A DNA stretch of 64,000 bases, taken from Chrysomallon squamiferum. Lineage: Eukaryota > Animalia > Mollusca. Under the pieces are notes generated by a model. The model had not been told where the DNA came from. It worked only from the letters and a program-made list of their open reading frames with translations, and did no database searches. Location: contig CM022679.1 of assembly GCA_012295275.1 (NCBI GenBank), positions 2,976,001-3,040,000 on the forward strand. Reading direction: 5' to 3'. Both the position numbers and the translations under genes were made by a program. Shown piece after piece: positions 38,732 through 49,814 of this stretch. Position 1 is the stretch's first letter. Each line of letters begins with the position of its first letter.

Positions 38732-41700
38732 AAAAAAAAGTATTATAATTTGAAAAAGAAAAAAACAAGGAAAAAAAAAAAGAAATTAATGAATAAATGA
38801 TGGTTTGAATTTAAAACACTGATTTAAACTTTATAACATCAATTTAAACTTTATATTATTGATTGAACCTCACAATAAATACCACCAAAAATTTAAAATA
38901 CACCTTACAAAATGTAAAAAACTAATTTTCAGATTCTCCTTGCTGAAATTTATCTTATTTCAAACATGTTTGGTCAGTCATTATTTTAATATATTCTGCT
39001 CTTAAATATTAACAAACTGTAAGAATCAAAAACAAATTTAAAATACTCATTCACACTTTACTAGAACAATTTTGCCTATGACATCACAGTACAAATAATT
39101 CAGCTTCAGTAAAATAAATATATAAAAACTAACACAATATACAAGATTAATTCTGAAATCTAGATATAAATTATCTATTTGGTAAGCTTGGCCGATAGGT
39201 AGGCAAATAATAATATGCTATAGCACAGTATTGGATCTTCGTATTAAGTTATAATATCAGTTTCTATATGATATAAGAAATAAATGTAATAATAAAAATG
39301 AAACAACCTGAAAAGGAATTAAAATGAATTTCTTAATCTTATAATTATATGTGCAAGCTGAATACATTGGTAGGTATGTATAGTTATTTTGATATATCAT
39401 AGCATCTAACAGGAGCATCTGTTAAATTCAGTTTTTTAAAACACAATTATCACTGGACTAGGAAAAAGACAAAAAAAAAAAAAAAATATATATAGTTTGC
39501 TTCAAAAAGGAGAAACTCATAAATCACACAGGTAATATTCTTAATATTTAATTCATTCTTCATACATCCAGTTACATTTGATCAGAAATTCAGTCAGATC
39601 AGCAGCCATAATCAAAATATTCTACGAACACTTTCTTTTAGACGTTTTAAAATTTGTTAAAGAGATCACAGAAAAATGATATCTTGGAAAAACTAAAATA
39701 TTTTTGGAAGAAACAATTTTCATAATTTACACATTTAAACAAGTGATAATAAGTACAACAAAGTTAAATGTTTATTAATTATTTTTCTGATTTATTTGTA
39801 AATAATATTCTTTTATCAGTAACAATGAGATCAATGAAATAAAAATGAATAATAAATATGTATCTTTATTTTTATTTAAATATTTGTTGTCTAGCATTAA
39901 TTAATATATAAATAAAATTTTAAAGTCTTAGTTAGTCTCTGTATATACACAACCATCTTTATTTGATTTCACAATATAATCCAAAATGCTTTACTAAGTA
40001 TAAAAAACCCAGAATAGTGAACCATGCATTGCTGAGATCCAGAAAAAGATTACAAATTACAAAATACAATAACAGTAATATGTACCATAAAATCCTGATG
40101 CTGAACTTGAATTTGAATCAAATTGGTTTATTTCCTTTCTTTTGTTGAGGAAAGTACTTTAAGTAGATATGTATGTAATTAAATTAAACTAACACAGAGT
40201 TCTATTTAAGGACACTATGCATAACTGTAGCACTGATTATTTTATAGTTGTACTAATCAGAAAATACATCACAATTTATAAATTTAATTATAAAATCTAC
40301 ATCTGACTGTTTCAGCTGGGTAAGAAGCCCAGATAATGGAGTTGGTTATTCAACTCTAGTATTATCATCTCTAATTCCAAACAAACAAAACAAAAAACAA
40401 ATTGCTGCAGTGAAAATATACTGTTATAATAAAACATTAAGATCTTTTACATACACACACAAACCCAGATAACATATTTGACTAAACTTTTTTGTAATAT
40501 ATTGAACTGTCTGTAATGTATCTGTGTGCCTCTACTCCAATATTTTCTAGTAACACAAAAAAAATTATGGTAGATTTGAGGATATTTCTTCTACTTTTCC
40601 TTTTTCAAACTATTATTTGCTTCTTCTATAAATATAATTATTTATATTTTAATTCTTAAAAGTAACAAATGAACTATTACCCTAGATGAGGTAGTTTTGT
40701 TTTAACTATTTTAACTAATTTAAATAGTACATATATATATATATATATATATATAAATCACTACAACTAGAAATAAATCTTTGGTTCTTTGGTTCTTGCA
40801 TTTTTAAATTTATAAAATATTAACAATGAAAACAAAGGAAGACTGTTCTTGAGCCATTTCATCTTTAATATTCCTTTAATAATCTGATTATCATTTCACT
40901 TTCTTATATTTCTTATAGAAATGCATTTTTTTATTTTTAAACAACAAATATATAACATCACTATAATGTGTAACATTAACTAACATAGAAATAATAGTTA
41001 CAATTGTTGTTTTTGGGGGGGGGTTAAATAAAAATATTTTTACAAATTTCTGATGACAGTTTTTTTTCTGATTGATTTTGCCCTATTTATTCAGTTCTCA
41101 AAAGTGTCAATGGAAAAATGAAGTCAGATTAAATATCATTTAAAAAATATTTGCCATTTTGTGAGTTTTATATGCCTTAGTCATAATTTTCAAGACTATT
41201 CTTAATTAATATTCAAAAACAAATATTTAAAATATATTTTTGGAATCTGAAACAGTTTGTTAAAGACCACAACATAAACACAAATATACATATTCATACA
41301 TGCAAAAATAGTCAATAATTTGTTTTTCTTTAAGCACGAATAACTGCATACACATGTATTATAAACACTTTTATTAAAATGTGCTATTTTGTTTAAAATA
41401 TAAATAGTGCACAAATAAAATATGAATCTATTCATTTCAATACTTTTAATGTCTTATCTTTTTTTTGCTTTTTATAAAATGTTACCAGAAAAAAAAAAAA
41501 AATTATAATTATAATTCTGCTGTTGTTTTAAATTGACAATTCTTTGATCTGCTTGGATATTCAAATGCTCATGACAAATATGAACACTGTAGACATAAAA
41601 ATATTTTTAATGATTCTTTTCACTTGTTAAATAGTCAGAACAGCTGTCTGTATGACATAAAAATTAGAAAAAAATAATAATAATAATTTTTGGGTACAGA

Positions 41701-42002
41701 TATGCATCTATAATAAGCCTGTGTTAAATTTTCTATAGATTTTAAAATTATTTTAATTTTATTTATAGATATTCTGTTTAATATTTTAAAAATATTATTA
41801 AACAGAAATAGATATTTAGTTGTCTGAAGGCTCCCAATATCTGGTTTATTTTTCCTATGTCAGAAATCTTAATAACTTCAAACCATAAATACCATGTAAA
41901 ACTTGAATAAGAAGTAATTAAAATTAAAATACTTTGGTGTAGTACTGCACTTCATTCTGAAGCATTGCTTTTCACTTCCTTCTGTACACAGTTCTCTCTG
42001 TT

Positions 42003-45000
42003 TCATTCAGCTTGAGCTGACCTTGACTCTGATGATCCTTCAGTGACCTTTGTTTTCTCAATACCAGCCATTACTTTCTCATTAGTTTCTTTCTGTGTTT
42101 GATTTTCAAAATCTCTAATATCCTCCATAGTCATATCTTTAAAAATAATACGTGTAATATTATATGAAGTCAGAAATAATAATAATGATGGATATGACAA
42201 TGTAACATTTAAAAAAAAAAAAATAAAAAAATGGTTATGTGATACGTAGAGGAATGAATAAAGATTAAGACAAATACAAAATTCAAAATTACAAATATTT
42301 AAATATATGTATCTGATATTGTAAAATAAGTAACTTACCAATCCATTCATCAATCCATGCAAATGCTTGTTTGTGCCCAAGTAACAAGATGTCCCGAATA
42401 GCCTGAAGTAGAAATCATAGTCTGTTTTAAATAATAACAACAGATCCTCTATGTAAATATGTACATTATCAAAATGGCAGCAAACATTTTTGGCCTAGAA
42501 ATCACTACTTCATGGTAAAATATAGTACTATAATTGTTATAATAACATTTGTGAAATTGTGTAAATTTTATTTTAGTTCTTGTAAAGTATTTTGTATAAG
42601 TTCAAATTCATGTGCAGGGTACCAAATAAAATGAAGTGTTGACATTTTGGGTAAAATTTACAAGTTAGAGGTAAAAAAATTCTTAGAATATTTTACCTTA
42701 TGAGTGAATGATTCAACTTTTCCCTGCATTCCCCAAACTTCAAATTTGACTTTAACAACTTTGTATGAACACATAACTGGCTCTGAATTTTCCTAAAATA
42801 ACAACAGATATTTGAATAAACAGTAATACATTTTATGACATTAAAAATACAAATAACATATGCATATTCACAAACATTTATCAGTGAACTGTTAACTTGT
42901 AAATTATCAAAAAACAAACAAAAGCAGTAGTTAAGATGTATTATTAGTAGTTGCAGCAGAAACAGGAGTAATAATACTAATAATAGTAGTAATAGTAGTA
43001 GTAGCAGCAGTTTTAAGTAATAGTTATAATAGTTTAAAATGCAACTTCTCTAAATGGTAGTAACAATATTAAGAAGTTGTAATCAGCAGCAATGGCAGTA
43101 GAAGTATTAATGAAAGATTTTATTAACATTACAATAAAATAAGAACAGAAGAAACCTTCCAAACTTTATTCAGTGGACCACGACCAGTTTTCACTGATTT
43201 AAATGTTTTAAGATCCTGTAAATGGAAAGAAATACTGGGTAAACAATTTTTGACTTTTTAAATTTTGTTTTAGACACATATATGTATAAAAACTTCATAA
43301 TGTAATGCCATGTATATCATCATTCTATCACTTAAATAATAAAAACAAAATAAACAAATAAATAATGTATTCAGATGTAATAATAGGACATACAGTTATG
43401 CAGTGATATTCATTTTACAATCAAATGAATTTAAACTGAAGGGCTTAAGCTGAAAATACATTTATTTTTTAGCAAGTTTCTATTTTATATATACCTGTAT
43501 GCTATATATATTATATCATCAAGAGTAGTATGTGTATAATTCATAGCATGGTTTTACTGAAACAATTAAGGTACAAAAGAGATTTCGCTCAAGTAAATTT
43601 TATTCTGAATATATTGAATTAAACTATTATTATAGTGACCTCTTCAGGCTTGTAATGTTTTTCTGGTATTTGATCATAAGCAATATCTATGACATCAATC
43701 TCCCTCACTTCCAGCTCTTCAGGTGACAAATTTAAACACTGAAAATAAAATTTGAGTAAAACCATAAAATCAATTTTAAAAAATAAAATAACATAATGGT
43801 AACATCATATCACTGATAGAATTAAGATAGAAATTAAAACTGAAAAGAAAATTTGAGTTAAACCATAAAAATAAATAAATAAATAAATATTTAAATAAAA
43901 TAATAAATAAACAAACAAACAAATAAATTAATAAACAAAATTATGGTAATATCATATCATTGACAGAAAAATGAAATAATCAAAGTAACAGACTCAGCAG
44001 TTTATTGAATCAAATCAAATATAACAATCTGAACTGATTATTTATTTCTTAGAGTGTTTATATGACACTAGCTACAGGCAGAATTATTATCACAGCAAAA
44101 TAAATAATGCAACAGCTGTTCTTGACAGTGGCAAATTTACTTGAGGCTTGATTTGTTCTGGGTCAGTTCTTATCTATATGCCTTTTACATTTCTATTTCA
44201 CTTTCTAACTAATACCATGGATCTTAATAAATCCATTTTGCTCAACTGAAAGCTGCTTATAAAATAACTCAGCTTTAGATAAAACATATATATCACCATT
44301 ATAAATATGATACTTCATAATATTGTTTTGTTTCTTTTCTTTTCTTTAAAAATTGCATTGAAGTTTTATCAAAAATACATTATCAGAGACCACCCATTTT
44401 TCTTCTTGTTATTTATTTATTAATTATTTTTGTTGTTGTTGTTGTTGGTGTGAATGTTTTTTTTCATCCTTCATGTTATATTTCCCAACTTACATTTTCT
44501 GAAGTGCCTCTGTTATCTTCATAGACTGTGTCAATGTGAATGGAAAACCTTGGAATGAATGAGCACTGAAAATGTATTTTAAGAAAAATGTTAATAAATC
44601 ATTATAAAATTTACACTGAAAAAACTAAAAACAATAATTTTAACTTAGATGGGACCTATAATCCATTAATAGTTTCAGTTCCTTCATTTTATTTCTTAAA
44701 AAAAAACATAAATAATTATCATACTTACTGTATATTCTGTAAAGTAATCCATCCATAGAAAAGAAATTGAAAGGAAAAAATAAATGCATATAAATTAATG
44801 CAAAACATAGAAGAAAACAGACATTGCATGTCAAAATTTATCAGAAATTTTACATTTCTTCCATTACTGAGAATATATATATATATGATACAGAATTATT
44901 AAGATTTATTTCAATATTATTGTAATTATTTAAATATGTAATTTAATTTTAATTAGTAATTCAAAACTGTTCCGAGTTTGTACATGTGCCTCTATGTAAA

Positions 45001-47490
45001 AGAAAATAGTTTTAATATGTTTAATATATGTATCTATGTATTAATTATTATGTATGTATATAACTGTATGTAAACCTATGTGTGTATATGATATATTTTT
45101 GGATATCTCTCTCTATATATATAAATTAAACTGTGCATATAAGTATGTGTGGTGTGTTTGTCTGTGTGAGTTTTTTTCTGTGTTTTAGTGTATGGTATAC
45201 TTATTCTCATTTGCATGTTATATTTTATGTGAAGTCTCTATGTATGTGTGTGTAAGTTTAACAACGTACATATGTATATTTTGATGTATTTCTATATTGA
45301 TTACCTGTAATAGTAAATGGGTAAAAGTTCCAAGCTTTCTCAGTTACATAGAAAAATCTGGGAATCATAGATCTCATCCAGCTTGGCAGTCGACTGTTAA
45401 TAAATTAAATAAAAACCTGCATCAAATTACTATCCCCTGTGCTTTTAACAATTTAACAACCAGATGTTAATCATATTTACATATATGCAGACATGTCATT
45501 TAATATCAGCAATCAATAAGTAATTTAAAATTGCCAAAAGATTAATGATTTAGCTGTGTATGTATTACAAATGTAATCTCATTTGTTATAACTTTTCACT
45601 AATTTAAAAAAAAAAATTAATAAAAAATTAATAATAACAACAATAACAAAATAAAAAAATAAAATCAATAAAATCAATAATGATAATATAATAAAAAATA
45701 TGAAATGAATAAATTTATGGATGTTTGTTAGGTTATTACTTCAAATAAATTATTTTTGCATAAAGATGTGAGAAACAGAACATGCTGGTGCAACTACAAA
45801 ATCACTTTGTCTATTAGCTGCCTGAAATCTTTGATGTTAGTAAAGCACAAACCATTTGACTTACCAGATTTAAATGCTAGAAGGTTTAAAAACACAAAAA
45901 GTAATAAAAATTAAATTAAATAAAAAGGATAAATATTCTAATGCTTCTTTTATTTATTTATCAAAGGTTTTATCTGATATTGTCTTTTAAAAATAAATGT
46001 TTATGTCAAGTGTAATAAATTTCTAACAAACTGAGGCTTGTGATTCAGCATGACTCACCCAGATAAATAAATACGTTTTTCAGTGTATTGTCCCCGTCCA
46101 TGTTCAGGATGTTCACAGGCTTCATTTTTGACCACTTCAACCCCTTCACCTTTGTCACTCTGTTCATGACAGTGTTTTGTTATCATGTACAGCTGTCCAA
46201 TACGATACTAAAAACATTAAATAAATCAGTCATTTTTGTATTTTACTTTTCTTTTTTTTTTAAATAATCGTAACTAAATAAAAATTTAAACAATAATGAA
46301 AATAACAACAAAACAACAATATTAAAATAATAAAAAAAAATAAAAATAATAACACTCATTCTGTATATAAAAAAAATAACATTATAATAAATATACAATT
46401 CATAAAGATTACATATATAATACAACTTGTACAGAATTGATAAATTTTATAACACACTTAAGTTACACTACATAACTCACAGAATAACAAAACATATTCA
46501 AACATCTGCACCCAATTTGCACAAAATAAATAAACATTTTGTTACAGGTAGGCAGTAAACATGTCATAATGATGGAATGAATGAATTTTTATAAAAATAT
46601 TTTTTTAAGCATTATGGAAAAGTAAAACATATTAATTTCTTTTAAAAAAAAAAACAGTACAAACTAAACACATGTATGTTTGAGGACCTTTTTAGAACAA
46701 TAATAATGTGTAAATTTTCAATTAGTATTATGTATTTTGAATTATTATTATTGGAAATGCAATGTTTGTTTTGGTTGCTGAATGTAACAGTACTTATTTA
46801 AATAATGTAAGTATCTACACTTTATGACACTGCTATTATCTTATAATGCATATTCAATACAGAAATATGTTTAATAAAATAAAAGTAAATACAAAATTAA
46901 AAATTATTAGTAGTAGTCAAAGTAGTGGTAGTTAGTGCAGTTATTATTATTATTATTATTAGGTCGCTATTTAATGAGCTCCTATAAAGAATAATATGGA
47001 GACAGAATGCAGAATTAATTTAACACTGCATCCTTATCATTTATTGCAAACAAAATACAAGATAATGAAGATGAATTCATCCCATTCTGTGATTATACTC
47101 ATCCAAATTCTCCATAAATGCTAGTCGAGTAATGGGGCTCGACTTTAGCTGTTCGCGAAATCATCTTTATTAAATGTCACATTGTCAGTCTGGCAAGGTT
47201 TTCAGTGAAAACAAAATAAATGTTCAATAAATTATTATTTTTCTTACATTTAGACATTTTAAAATAAAATAATATTACATGGTGCCAGTATGTATGCATT
47301 CGGAGAAATTATTGATCCAGCGATTTCAAAACATATCTAGCCAAAAATATTTTATAAATTTATGTACATTTTTATTTATAAATAAAAATTGTAGAATTGA
47401 GCCCACAGATCGACAGAAAATGACAACTTTAATCTCTCTTACCTCTTCGACAGTTAATGGCATGCATATTCGATATTCTTTTAAATACAT
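42003..47490 (-). CDS. PITPNC1: Cytoplasmic phosphatidylinositol transfer protein 1 (RdgB-beta), 10 exons, 272 aa
   Basis: Exons (minus strand): 47443-47490 [16 protein letters not shown]; 46059-46207 [32 protein letters not shown]; 45305-45393 [21 protein letters not shown]; 44729-44736 (8 nt); 44494-44565 [13 protein letters not shown]; 43640-43738; 43156-43215 [10 protein letters not shown]; 42697-42792 [17 protein letters not shown]; 42339-42402 [11 protein letters not shown]; 42003-42136 [10 protein letters not shown]..stop. Total 819 nt, in frame. Confidence 0.95.
44729..44736 (-). CDS. PITPNC1: 8-nt microexon of PITPNC1 (completes E-Y-T)
   Basis: Minus strand reads ttacAG|AATATACA|GTaagt. 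It is needed to join the phase-1 end of exon 3 to the phase-0 start of exon 5. Confidence 0.9.
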
Positions 47491-47599
47491 AATGTCTCGA
47501 AGAGCTCAGAAACTGGATCCGTGCAACATAATCAATACTTGTATGAGACCTGCGAATGACAGACAAATTCCCAGGTTTGACCAACAGCAGAAAATAAAC

Positions 47600-47730
47600 A
47601 AATAATAAGCTACCGGAAGTTAAATTTTACCATGATTCTCGTCTGCTTCGTGCGCATTGTATAAAAAAGGTTAATAAAACATGTTAGATGAAAATTAATG
47701 AAAAAATCACAGAAATATGGCGGATAAATA
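47600..47730. promoter_or_regulatory. Likely PITPNC1 proximal promoter
   Basis: ETS consensus CCGGAAGT at 47613-47620, TGCGCA near 47651 and YY1-like aaatATGGCGG near 47715, 120-230 bp upstream of the ATG. CpG density is locally raised. Confidence 0.45.
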
Positions 47731-48426
47731 AATCCAATAACTTTAAACGGACAGAAGTTTATATCGTTGTATTTAAAAAAGACGAAAATAATAAATTAAT
47801 AATAATAACAAAATACATACACGTTTAAAAAAAAAAAATAATAATAATAATAAAGAAGGGAGACAACACTTTATGTCTAAAAAGAAATTCGTAATGAATA
47901 ACCTCCCATCCACCAAGATTTAGTTTTGTATTGAAGTTGATGTAAAGGATTATTTATTTATATTTATTAATTTATGAATTAGTATTTGTTATTTGTTGAG
48001 TAACTGGTTCTGTAAAAATAAATAAAATTAAGAAAATAAGAATAACTAATCAAATTACAAACAACTCAAAAAATAAAAAAAAATAATAAACGCGTTCTAA
48101 AACCAGAACTTGAAAAAAAAAAAAAAAGAAACAAATAAACAAAGTTCTGTTACGAGAGTCGTTCGTTGTGATCTGAAACTGTTTCCATACAAAATGCAGA
48201 TTTTTCAGACTCAGAACTAGACCAACGCTGTAAATTACACCAACGTATCAGTAAATGGGCATTTCAATGGGCATGCTAATAGGAAAAACATCAGAAGATA
48301 AATAAGGAAAATTCCGTATTATGTTAGAAAGAGTTGTTAATAATTTTAAATTGAAGACTGCACCAGTGATAGAGATAATTGGATGGAGCATATTATTAAT
48401 TTACTAGAAAAGGTGAGGTGGAAAAT

Positions 48427-48476
<50 letters not shown>

Positions 48477-48951
48477 ATACATTTTGTGATAACTGGAACA
48501 TGTGTAGAAAATACGACGAGCTTGAACTCAAATCATGTACATTATTTTTGGAAACCGAAGATACACTAATGAATGGAAATTATTATTATTGCATTTATTT
48601 ATTTATTTATTTATTTATATTTTTGATGAACTGGGTCAAGGGCATTCCAATCTGTAATATCACATTTGATGAAAAAGGTATTTTATCTCATCCTGTCAGT
48701 TCTGAGACTATTATTTTCGATCGTATTTTCCCGTCATATTTGACGGAAATGTCCGAAGTAAAGATTTTATATATTTTTATTGGTTTAATTTGTATTTATT
48801 TTGTAGTTCTTTGTTACTGGTACTATTGAAATAAAACGGCGCCTCTATGGATATAATTATTATATAAAAATAAATAATAATGATAATAATTAAAATTATA
48901 AAGATTATATTATTATCTGGTATAAATAAGAATAAAATACAATTTAAAATC

Positions 48952-49250
48952 GCCGGGAGTTGTGGCGTGCTCCTGTAATCTAGCTACTTGGAGGCATGGT
49001 ATGTTGAACATCTTGAGGTCAGGGGTTCTGCTTTCTGGCGTTCTATGTCGATCAAGTGTCCGCACTAAGCTCGGCATCAATATGGTCTCATTCGCGGAGG
49101 TGAATGAAACCAGGTTGTCTAAAGAGGAACGGACTGGCCCAGGGCGGAGACGCAGCAGGCAGAAGTCCCCGTGTCGTGCAGTAGTGGGATCGCACCTGTG
49201 AATAGGCGTTGGTTGGTAGCCTGGCCAATATAGGTGGACTCGTACCTTTT
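48952..49250 (+). ncRNA. 7SL (signal recognition particle) RNA
   Basis: ~299 nt. Starts GCCGGGAGTTGTGGCGTGCTCCTGTAATCTAGCTACTTGGAGGC (Alu domain), has conserved GTGTCCGCACTAAG.TCGGCATCAATATGG, helix 6 TCATTCGC-GGAG-GTGAATGA, helix 8 GCCCAGGGCG-GAGA-CGCAGCAGG and AGTAGTGGGATCGCACCTGTGAATAG. Ends in a T run. TATA-like tataaata lies at about -31. Confidence 0.95.
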
Positions 49251-49271
49251 TTTTTTTTTTTTTTTTTTTTT
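49247..49271 (+). terminator. RNA polymerase III oligo-T terminator of 7SL
   Basis: A run of ~25 T immediately follows the 7SL 3' end. Confidence 0.75.
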
Positions 49272-49348
49272 CTTTTATTATCTTCCTTCAAAAATAACTA
49301 TTTCTCTGTATTTAAGATTTAATAAACTACGTTTTATTATTATTTTTT

Positions 49349-49379
<31 letters not shown>

Positions 49380-49557
49380 TTTTTTACGTATATATCTTTT
49401 TTTTTTTTTTTTTTTTTTTTTGTGCTCATTTATGGATATATTGTGTTATTAGAGACCCCATAAAAATTATAATATGGCATATCTAGTTTATGAAATGCCG
49501 TCGAATGTTTTTACTGACTGAAAATAAAAGTCCTTGCCATCGAGTTAATTATTATTA

Positions 49558-49594
<37 letters not shown>

Positions 49595-49814
49595 AAATGT
49601 ATGAGTTATTACTGAAATAAAATTATCGTTAAGATGTGTTGATTCAAATTTAGTTACAATAATAAATCATTCGTATTAAATGCATGTTATTTAAATTTTG
49701 TTTCACTGAATTTTTACAGAGGTTTTCGAAGGAACCGGTATCAGAATAATAAACTGCGAGTCTTTCGATGATACGCTTTTTAAAAACGCGTACCGTGTAA
49801 AATCTATTGCAAAC

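Noticed and set aside
48962-49291. ORFs on both strands over the GC-rich patch; possible Alu SINE
   Set aside because: The sequence is a full 7SL including the S domain, which Alu elements lack. The ORFs are incidental.
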